A stretch of DNA of 64,000 bases from a virus. The notes under the pieces were generated by a model. The model was not told the DNA's origin. It ran no database searches and worked only from the letters and a program-made list of their open reading frames with translations. The stretch spans positions 16,843 through 80,842 of IMG/VR virus record IMGVR_UViG_3300025870_000008; one strand, given 5' to 3'. Both the position numbers and the translations under genes were made by a program. Within the stretch, counting starts at the first letter, position 1. The number at the start of each line of letters is the position of its first letter. This document shows positions 1 through 5,826 of the stretch, piece by piece.

Positions 1-2
1 AC

Positions 3-242
3 GTTTGCATTAAGCCAAGCGCTATTTATGTTGACGAGACAGCCCCTCAAGTGGACGGACTTGACGCGGGAACTTCAGTTTATACTAGCAAAGAGAAAGC
101 CGAGCAAGACGGACATTTTGTTTGCCCCGCAACTTATGTAAAGGGCGAGGACGGCAAGATTCTTGCAACTTGTCAAGCCCATAATTGCAATCTTTGTTTC
201 ATTAAGGGTTGCAAGAAAGGTATTGCATATTTAGCTCATTAA
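3..242 (+). CDS. 5'-truncated phage protein with Cys-rich C-terminus (Gp88-like)
   Basis: Frame is open from the window edge. Ends in CPAT...TCQAHNCNLC...IAYLAH, a Cys cluster pattern I recall from phage Gp88-like proteins. Confidence 0.5.
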   Translation, partial: VCIKPSAIYVDETAPQVDGLDAGTSVYTSKEKAEQDGHFVCPATYVKGEDGKILATCQAHNCNLCFIKGCKKGIAYLAH

Positions 243-257
243 ACTATACTTAAAACC

Positions 258-467
258 ATGAAGACAGAAAATTACCAACTATTATTCGAGAGCGGGGATA
301 CTTATTACGATTCAGCCTATGGAGTTGATATTGACCAAGACCGAGCAATTCAGGAGTTGAAAGCTCACGGGGTTGATTTAGAAAAAGAATTGCAAAATTT
401 TTATGATGATTTAGGCGACAAAGAAGGGTACGCAGCGCAAGACGTCTTAGAGTGGTTAGGGTACTGA
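258..467 (+). CDS. small acidic hypothetical phage protein
   Basis: 69-aa ATG ORF; the stop lies 2 bp before repeat element 1. Confidence 0.7.
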   Translation: MKTENYQLLFESGDTYYDSAYGVDIDQDRAIQELKAHGVDLEKELQNFYDDLGDKEGYAAQDVLEWLGY

Positions 468-469
468 CA

Positions 470-542
470 TAAGTACCTAACCACCAAGCACTTAGAGAGC
501 GCGGCGGCGGCGGTGCCTAACTGCTTGATATTCAACGATTTA
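470..542. repeat. double-palindrome element 1
   Basis: TAAGTACCTAACCACCAAGCACTTA (470-494) + 23-bp GC-rich spacer + TAACTGCTTGATATTCAACGATTTA (518-542). Confidence 0.9.
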
Positions 543-569
543 AAGAATTAAAATTAATTCACTTTTTTC

Positions 570-604
570 TTGTGTTTATTTGGTGTCGGGGTTATGTTGT
601 TAGT
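570..604 (+). promoter_or_regulatory. sigma70-type leaderless promoter
   Basis: TTGTGT-17bp-TATGTT-6bp-ATG(605). Confidence 0.55.
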
Positions 605-811
605 ATGAATCATTCAGAAAGCGGAACACGAAAAGTATTAAAACAACTGCGCAAATGCGCAGAAATTACCGAGATCAAACAAACCGCCAAAGGGCACATG
701 GTTCTCGCTGATAACGGAGCGCAAATTCTTGTTCATTTAAGCGCTCGTGCTTTTCACCCATTACGTCGTTGGCTCAAAGCTAACACTTCACTAAAATCAT
801 TAAAATTCTAA
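605..811 (+). CDS. small basic protein, possibly HicA-like
   Basis: Start moved to ATG 605 from promoter geometry. Size and the KQL...TAKGHMVL..NG..ILVH...LRRWL pattern recall the HicA dsRBD-like fold. Confidence 0.5.
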   Translation: MNHSESGTRKVLKQLRKCAEITEIKQTAKGHMVLADNGAQILVHLSARAFHPLRRWLKANTSLKSLKF

Positions 812-813
812 TT

Positions 814-996
814 ATGACAGCAAAAGAACTAATCGAACTTATCAATTCAACCCAGGACGGAGAGATTTGGCTCTACAGTAGTAAACTTAGAGACCATCTT
901 GCCACAGTCGAGCAAGCATTGGAGGAGGATTTAATCCACTTCATCCGCGCTGACGTAGGGAACAGCACCACAGAATTCATTCGTGTTTCTATTTGA
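814..996 (+). CDS. hypothetical protein
   Basis: 60-aa ATG ORF starting 2 bp after the previous stop. Confidence 0.65.
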   Translation: MTAKELIELINSTQDGEIWLYSSKLRDHLATVEQALEEDLIHFIRADVGNSTTEFIRVSI

Positions 997-1027
997 CACA
1001 GAGCAAAAATTAAACTACTTTATACTT
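993..1027 (+). promoter_or_regulatory. sigma70-type leaderless promoter
   Basis: TTGACA-17bp-TACTTT-6bp-ATG(1028). Confidence 0.7.
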
Positions 1028-1267
1028 ATGACAATTAAAGACAACGGAAAAGAATTCTACTTCGAGCGCTTACCTAATGGCTTGCTCAGAACTTATGACT
1101 ATGAATCAAAGTGGGATATTACATTCCAACGAGTTGACGGAGTATGGGAAGGACACCATCGAGGCGACTATATCGGCTACAAAGGCTTACTCAACAAACT
1201 CAACTTATTACAACAACAAGTAGATGCAGAAAGAGCATTAGCAAAAGATTTAGCCGAAGTAGCTTGA
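1028..1267 (+). CDS. hypothetical protein
   Basis: Start moved to ATG 1028 (MTIKDNG...) from promoter geometry. Confidence 0.7.
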   Translation: MTIKDNGKEFYFERLPNGLLRTYDYESKWDITFQRVDGVWEGHHRGDYIGYKGLLNKLNLLQQQVDAERALAKDLAEVA

Positions 1268-1300
1268 CAAACAAAACAAACTAATTTAGTTTATTATTAT
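1264..1300 (+). promoter_or_regulatory. sigma70-type promoter
   Basis: TTGACA-17bp-TAGTTT-8bp-ATG(1301). Confidence 0.7.
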
Positions 1301-1687
1301 ATGAAAACATTCGATGATTTAAAATTCACACACCATAAAGATATTCAAAGATGGACTGCATCGCTTGAGCTTGACAACGGATATTTATTTTCTGTTATTG
1401 CGGGCGACAAAGAAGACGATTGGTCTTTACCTTATGGTACTTATCAGAATGAAACTTTTGAAGTTGCAGTATTTGGTACTCAATTTGACGACAACGGAGA
1501 CAGAAAGAAAGTTCCTCTTTCTTTACATGATGATGTGCTAGGATGGCAAAAGCCTATTGACATTTCTAAACTCATGAGGCAATTTCAACTTGACGGAAAA
1601 GCTCACGAAGATTTGCTTATAGCAATTCGAGTAGACTTCAATGAAAAACTTGTTTCGCATCACGATGACAAACCTTTAGTCATTTAA
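1301..1687 (+). CDS. conserved hypothetical phage protein
   Basis: 128 aa; the NGY..SVI...G....FEVAV...DV.GW pattern is common in small phage proteins. Confidence 0.75.
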   Translation: MKTFDDLKFTHHKDIQRWTASLELDNGYLFSVIAGDKEDDWSLPYGTYQNETFEVAVFGTQFDDNGDRKKVPLSLHDDVLGWQKPIDISKLMRQFQLDGKAHEDLLIAIRVDFNEKLVSHHDDKPLVI

Positions 1688-1688
1688 T

Positions 1689-1723
1689 TTGACAAACCTT
1701 AAAAACTACATTACCTTATTATT
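1689..1723 (+). promoter_or_regulatory. sigma70-type leaderless promoter
   Basis: TTGACA-17bp-TACCTT-6bp-ATG(1724). Confidence 0.7.
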
Positions 1724-1990
1724 ATGACATTAACACAAGAACAAAGAATATCGGTTATCAAACACGCGCACGAAAATTCTCGTAAAGTTTCTCCGACTCA
1801 ATCAGTCGAGGATTTTATTGCAGACATCAAGTCAGAGCAAGTTTTGGGCGAGCATGGTTTAGTAGATGCTCAAGTCCACGACGTGGAGGATGAGATGTCT
1901 TTATTCGCTTATAATCCTTGCGCTGAAGATATTGACGAGGAAGAAGATGGCTTTGGAATTAGCGATGAAATGAAAGGGCTTTACTCATGA
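1724..1990 (+). CDS. acidic hypothetical protein
   Basis: 88-aa ORF with its own promoter and an acidic C-terminus. Confidence 0.7.
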   Translation: MTLTQEQRISVIKHAHENSRKVSPTQSVEDFIADIKSEQVLGEHGLVDAQVHDVEDEMSLFAYNPCAEDIDEEEDGFGISDEMKGLYS

Positions 1991-2046
1991 GTTTATTTGC
2001 AATCGCTATACTTGCATTAGTTTTATACTTGACAATTCAAGATTAA
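1987..2046 (+). CDS. putative 19-aa hydrophobic peptide (MSLFAIAILALVLYLTIQD)
   Basis: ATGA overlap with the upstream stop; forms a single TM-like helix. Confidence 0.4.
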   Translation: MSLFAIAILALVLYLTIQD

Positions 2047-2129
2047 AACTATAAACAGCGAAATACCAAATACCCAAATATTTTGTTTGTCGAAGGTGTG
2101 ATATGCAGTAGTTACTAAAACCCCCGCCC

Positions 2130-2201
2130 TAAGTCTTTGATTATCAAGCACTTAGGCGGGCGGCTGCCGAAGCACCTAAGTGCTTCAGTATCAACGACTT
2201 A
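2130..2201. repeat. double-palindrome element 2
   Basis: TAAGTCTTTGATTATCAAGCACTTA (2130-2154) + 22-bp GC-rich spacer + TAAGTGCTTCAGTATCAACGACTTA (2177-2201). Confidence 0.95.
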
Positions 2202-2441
2202 TTAAAAGTCGTATTGGTCGTGATAGCCGTAGTCGATGTCCTCGTAATGGTCTTCCCATACGGGGGAATCTTCAGCCTCGTACATTTCAGCGAGAAGAGG
2301 TTGCTCCTCAAGGTAGCGCTCTTCCGCAAGGGCTTGGTTTGCTCGAGCAATATCTCTATTGATCTCCTGCATTTGGTGGGCTTGCTGGTTTGCAAGGGCG
2401 GCGTGATCGTTGCGGTCGAAGTGTGAGTATTTACTAATCAT
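2202..2441 (-). CDS. acidic hypothetical protein (single-gene inverted cassette)
   Basis: MISKYSHF... preceded by TTGCTA-17bp-TATGTT-8bp-ATG; the stop abuts element 2. Confidence 0.7.
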   Translation of the reverse strand: MISKYSHFDRNDHAALANQQAHQMQEINRDIARANQALAEERYLEEQPLLAEMYEAEDSPVWEDHYEDIDYGYHDQYDF

Positions 2442-2505
2442 ATATAAACAACATAAAGGGAGTGGCAACGGATAGCAAGAAAAAAAGCGATTTATTTTTA
2501 TTTTT

Positions 2506-2578
2506 TAAATCCTTGGTTATCAAGCACTTAGAGCTCGCGGCGGCGGGCCGATATAACTCTTTGATTATCAACATTTTA
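2506..2578. repeat. double-palindrome element 3
   Basis: TAAATCCTTGGTTATCAAGCACTTA (2506-2530) + 23-bp GC-rich spacer + TAACTCTTTGATTATCAACATTTTA (2554-2578). Confidence 0.95.
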
Positions 2579-2640
2579 CACAAGATAAAAAAACTAAAGA
2601 TTTTTCTTGCTTTATTATACAGAACATGGCATATTAAAGT

Positions 2641-2745
2641 ATGAAAAGAAAAAAACTAAAAATTATTAAAATTAAACACGCTAAATCGTATAACAAATTT
2701 ATGATTGTTAAAATGCCTAAATTCTCACTTCTTAAATCTGCTTAA
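2641..2745 (+). CDS. 34-aa Lys-rich peptide
   Basis: MKRKKLKIIKIKHAKSYNKFMIVKMPKFSLLKSA, preceded by TTGCTT-17bp-CATATT-5bp-ATG. Confidence 0.5.
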   Translation: MKRKKLKIIKIKHAKSYNKFMIVKMPKFSLLKSA

Positions 2746-2747
2746 TT

Positions 2748-2972
2748 ATGAATTGCAAAAGAGTACCATACCCAGAACTAGACTGCTCCCTTAAAATGAG
2801 TAAAGTGGAGGGGCTGCTTCAATTCCTTAAAGGTCAGACTATGATGGGTTGGAGAGGAAGCGAGACAGAAAAAGAAGCAATTTGCGAAGCTCTTGACAAC
2901 TTACGAGAAGCTCAAGATGAATATCAAAAAGTCTTGACATTACTTAGAAAAACCAACAAAATAGAATTATGA
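2748..2972 (+). CDS. hypothetical protein
   Basis: 74-aa ATG ORF packed tightly between its neighbours. Confidence 0.6.
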   Translation: MNCKRVPYPELDCSLKMSKVEGLLQFLKGQTMMGWRGSETEKEAICEALDNLREAQDEYQKVLTLLRKTNKIEL

Positions 2973-3199
2973 CGGATACAACATATAATGGATGGAAAAA
3001 CTGGGCAACCTGGAACGTAGCGCTATGGCTAGGTAATGATGAGGGTCTTTATAAGATAGCTCGAAGATGTGTGAGGTATGCTGACCTCGTGGATAGGTTA
3101 GAAGAAGCTGAAGCATTCAGGACTCCTGACGGGGCGAGCTACAATGACCCCGACCTTGATACCTACGCACTTGATGAGTTGTTAATGGACGAATTCTGA
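2969..3199 (+). CDS. conserved small phage protein (YNGWxNxxTWNVALW family)
   Basis: Carries the YNGWKNWATWNVALWLGNDEGLY motif widespread in phages; promoter TTGACA-17bp-CAAAAT-6bp-ATG. Confidence 0.8.
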   Translation: MTDTTYNGWKNWATWNVALWLGNDEGLYKIARRCVRYADLVDRLEEAEAFRTPDGASYNDPDLDTYALDELLMDEF

Positions 3200-3204
3200 T
3201 AACC

Positions 3205-3276
3205 TAACCCGCTGACTATCAAGCACTTACGAAGCGGGCTGCCGAGCCCTCTAAGTGCTTGATTATTAGTGACTTA
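3205..3276. repeat. double-palindrome element 4
   Basis: TAACCCGCTGACTATCAAGCACTTA (3205-3229) + 22-bp GC-rich spacer + TAAGTGCTTGATTATTAGTGACTTA (3252-3276); lies between convergent genes. Confidence 0.95.
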
Positions 3277-3284
3277 GGAGGTTG

Positions 3285-3437
3285 TTATTTATTTTTGAAT
3301 TCGTTAATGATTTGGTTAAAAGTCCAAACGTTGTTTCCAACGTCCAAGAATAGTTCTGCGCCTTCGAGTGGTTCAAAGCCTAGGCGGTCAATGATGCCTA
3401 GCTCTTCCGTCATGAATTTTTCGAGTTCTTCTGTCAT
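3285..3437 (-). CDS. 50-aa hypothetical protein
   Basis: MTEELEKFMTEELGIIDRLGFEPLEGAELFLDVGNNVWTFNQIINEFKNK, with an AGGAG SD upstream; below the ORF-track size cutoff. Confidence 0.6.
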   Translation of the reverse strand: MTEELEKFMTEELGIIDRLGFEPLEGAELFLDVGNNVWTFNQIINEFKNK

Positions 3438-3468
3438 GTTTTTATTCTCCTAAATTAAAGGGTTTATG

Positions 3469-3813
3469 TCAAATTAAATCGTAATATTTTGGTGAACAAT
3501 TTACTGAATGAGAAACTGAATCAATTCCCTCATCCATGTTTTTTTTCAAATATGCTTTGATTTTGTTTGCAATTTCGAGGTCAATTTTTTCAAGCTTTTT
3601 TCCGTCTTCGTCAAATATGTCCATATTTTCCAAAGTGTCGAAATATGCTATCAGGTGAGTCTCTGAGACTTGGTCGCCATAGAGCGAGTCGATTTCGTCT
3701 GTCCATGTCGTGCCTTCAATTTCACAAGTTAAATTTTCAATTTCCACATAGGCAGAAAAAGTTTCTTCGTTAATTTCGTCAAAGTTTAATTCTAGTTTTT
3801 TATTTTCTGTCAT
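3469..3813 (-). CDS. highly acidic hypothetical protein
   Basis: 114 aa, D/E-rich, with its own leaderless promoter. Confidence 0.75.
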   Translation of the reverse strand: MTENKKLELNFDEINEETFSAYVEIENLTCEIEGTTWTDEIDSLYGDQVSETHLIAYFDTLENMDIFDEDGKKLEKIDLEIANKIKAYLKKNMDEGIDSVSHSVNCSPKYYDLI

Positions 3814-3847
3814 ACCTTACTATCTTCTATTTTTTAACTAAAGTCAA
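3814..3847 (-). promoter_or_regulatory. leaderless promoter, GATAGT class
   Basis: TTGACT-17bp-GATAGT-5bp-ATG(3813). Confidence 0.75.
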
Positions 3848-3927
3848 ACATATAGCCGATTATTTTACATAAAGTTATTCACAATTATCTTGGCTAGAGT
3901 TGGCACGATTCCTGTACAAGGCTTTCA

Positions 3928-3998
3928 TAAGTCGTTGATTATCAAGCTGTTACGAGAGCCGCAGCGCGTTCCCTAAGTGCTTGACTATAAGGAACTTA
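3928..3998. repeat. double-palindrome element 5
   Basis: TAAGTCGTTGATTATCAAGCTGTTA (3928-3952) + 21-bp GC-rich spacer + TAAGTGCTTGACTATAAGGAACTTA (3974-3998). Confidence 0.95.
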
Positions 3999-4003
3999 CA
4001 ACG

Positions 4004-4174
4004 CTATCTTTGAGTCATAGCCTCTAGCTCTCGGATCTTAAAGTCAAGCTGAATTTGCATGGCTTGCAAGCGATTGACTGATTCGGTTTTATTTAGACGT
4101 TTTGCTTTTATCCTTTGGATATTGATATCCATGATTTGCTTATTTAAGAATTTGATTTGTTCTACTATATTCAT
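4004..4174 (-). CDS. 56-aa coiled-coil-like hypothetical protein
   Basis: MNIVEQIKFLNKQIMDINIQRIKAKR...; the stop lies 5 bp from element 5. Confidence 0.6.
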   Translation of the reverse strand: MNIVEQIKFLNKQIMDINIQRIKAKRLNKTESVNRLQAMQIQLDFKIRELEAMTQR

Positions 4175-4287
4175 TTTCTTGACACGTCTTGGAAAAGGTC
4201 GATTTGATCGCTAGTCATATCTCTATACATAAGATAGAAAACAACTAACCAATTTGAGAACATAAGTATTTCAAGTATTGTATTCAT
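4171..4287 (-). CDS. 38-aa hydrophobic peptide
   Basis: MNTILEILMFSNWLVVFYLMYRDM...; promoter TTGTCT-17bp-TAATCT-6bp-ATG. Confidence 0.55.
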   Translation of the reverse strand: MNTILEILMFSNWLVVFYLMYRDMTSDQIDLFQDVSRK

Positions 4288-4341
4288 GATTATAGATTAA
4301 GGAAGTAGTAAACAAAAGACAAGCATATTATTGTAAGCATA

Positions 4342-4509
4342 TTATTTTTCTTTTATTTGGTTTACGATTTGCAAGTGTGGATTCTCGCGTTTGATTGCCC
4401 TTGCTTTTTCTAAGGCTTTTGCTATATTCTTTTGATTGTCTACTAGCTCGCCCCAAAGACGAATATCTAACCAATTTGAGAAGTTTACGTTTTTTGTGAT
4501 TGTTATCAT
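4342..4509 (-). CDS. 55-aa hypothetical protein
   Basis: MITITKNVNFSNWLDIRLWGELVDNQ..., with an AGGAGG SD upstream. Confidence 0.6.
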   Translation of the reverse strand: MITITKNVNFSNWLDIRLWGELVDNQKNIAKALEKARAIKRENPHLQIVNQIKEK

Positions 4510-4519
4510 TATTGCCTCC

Positions 4520-4714
4520 TTATCTTGTGAAGTATTCTTTTACTTGTCCATTGTTAGCTTTAACCAAGTCAGAGAGGTAAACCTCTTCTGATTCGTTGTG
4601 ATGCTTTACTAAAGCTAAGCGCATTCTGTTGCTCAGTTCAGTTACTCTTACGACTTTGCCTAATGACTTCGAGAAGTACAGGCTTCCGACTTTGTATCCT
4701 TTTTCAATCTTCAT
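4520..4714 (-). CDS. small SH3/KOW-like beta protein
   Basis: 64 aa with a YKVGSLY...GKVVRVTE pattern and its own promoter. Confidence 0.7.
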   Translation of the reverse strand: MKIEKGYKVGSLYFSKSLGKVVRVTELSNRMRLALVKHHNESEEVYLSDLVKANNGQVKEYFTR

Positions 4715-4749
4715 ACTATTACTATCGTATATTTTAGCCTCTACGTCAA
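4715..4749 (-). promoter_or_regulatory. leaderless promoter, GATAGT class
   Basis: TTGACG-17bp-GATAGT-AATAGT-ATG(4714). Confidence 0.75.
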
Positions 4750-4786
4750 ACTTTTTAACGATTTATTTTAGCTGTTTTTGCTTTCT

Positions 4787-4857
4787 TAAGTCGTTGATTA
4801 TTAGGCACTTATGACGCGGGCGGCGCGACCCCTAAGTGCTTGAATATCAGGTGTTTA
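4787..4857. repeat. double-palindrome element 6
   Basis: TAAGTCGTTGATTATTAGGCACTTA (4787-4811) + 21-bp GC-rich spacer + TAAGTGCTTGAATATCAGGTGTTTA (4833-4857). The last 3 bp are the stop codon of ORF 4855-5079. Confidence 0.95.
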
Positions 4858-5079
4858 GGAATGCCGAGCTTCTAACTTATCAAGGAACTTTTCAAACCTT
4901 TTGTGCTTGACTTTTAGTTCGGCAAGTCTCTTTTCTGCTCTCCTTAGCTCGGGCATGGCAAGCATTTCGATTGCCATTTCATCTGCCTTTGGATTTGTCG
5001 AGTTCTTACGGGTGTTATCTATTACGGATTTGATTTGCTTGATCCGTGCTTCGGTGTGGATTATATCTAATTCTGTCAT
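4855..5079 (-). CDS. helical hypothetical protein
   Basis: 74 aa; promoter TTGCAA-17bp-GATAGT-AATAGC-ATG. Confidence 0.7.
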   Translation of the reverse strand: MTELDIIHTEARIKQIKSVIDNTRKNSTNPKADEMAIEMLAMPELRRAEKRLAELKVKHKRFEKFLDKLEARHS

Positions 5080-5117
5080 GCTATTACTATCGTTTATTTT
5101 TTAATTAATTGCAAACT

Positions 5118-5279
5118 TTATTTGATAAAGTTTACCCAAGATTCAACTCTTTGATTCCAAGTTAGTTGGGCTTTCGCTTCTGCATCCCATATATCTATTA
5201 GAGCGTCGAGTATCCAAACTTGACGCTTTTGCAAGCGCGCTTTTCTCATCACCTTTGTTATTCTTTCTAGTCTTGTCAT
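5118..5279 (-). CDS. 53-aa hypothetical protein
   Basis: MTRLERITKVMRKARLQKRQVWILDALIDIWDAEAKAQLTWNQRVESWVNFIK, starting 1 bp after the upstream stop. Confidence 0.55.
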   Translation of the reverse strand: MTRLERITKVMRKARLQKRQVWILDALIDIWDAEAKAQLTWNQRVESWVNFIK

Positions 5280-5280
5280 A

Positions 5281-5601
5281 TTAGCTAAGTGCTTTGATTA
5301 ATTCGTTTTCGTTTGTGTTACTAACAAGCGAGCGGTTAAGTACATTGTACAGAAAGCTTTCGATTATGTTTTCCAATTCTTCAACATCATAAGTTAAGGA
5401 GATTTCCTTTTCGTCTTCATCTTCGATAGATTCGACCTCGATGGAATCGACAAGCACGTTGCCATCTTCTGTCTCTAAAGTAGCGTTTACACTCATGCCA
5501 CCCTCAAAGTAGTTTTTACCTGTGTTAAAGTTTAGGTATACGTTTACAACGTTGTCGTCGATGCAGTCGATGGTGTCTAGTTCTAGTTCTTTAATGTTCA
5601 T
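5281..5601 (-). CDS. highly acidic hypothetical protein
   Basis: 106 aa, D/E-rich; promoter TTGACT-17bp-GATAGT-AATAGT-ATG at 5602-5636. Confidence 0.75.
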   Translation of the reverse strand: MNIKELELDTIDCIDDNVVNVYLNFNTGKNYFEGGMSVNATLETEDGNVLVDSIEVESIEDEDEKEISLTYDVEELENIIESFLYNVLNRSLVSNTNENELIKALS

Positions 5602-5826
5602 ACTATTACTATCGTCTATTTACAGGTTGAAGTCAAATTTATTTACGATTATTATTCAACTAAGTTTTTGCACGATCCCGCCCCCATTTTTTGAATTTTT
5701 TTTACAGGGTATGGTTCATTTTTAGCGGGGGGGTGGTTTTTCTCAAAAAGTCAAGACGAATTTCTCTGTGCAATTACATATGTGAAAAAAAAACCGACAA
5801 ACCTTTTTTTTACTGTACTCATATGT

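Noticed and set aside
2144-2644. Overlapping ORFs 2144-2395(-), 2180-2362(+), 2214-2426(+) and 2462-2644(+)
   Set aside because: They run across the repeat elements or shadow ORF 2202-2441, which has the promoter and stops at the element edge.
470-4857. Palindromic repeats read as a CRISPR array
   Set aside because: Repeats come in isolated pairs separated by 0.3-1.6 kb of genes, are degenerate, have only 21-23 bp between them, and no cas genes are present.
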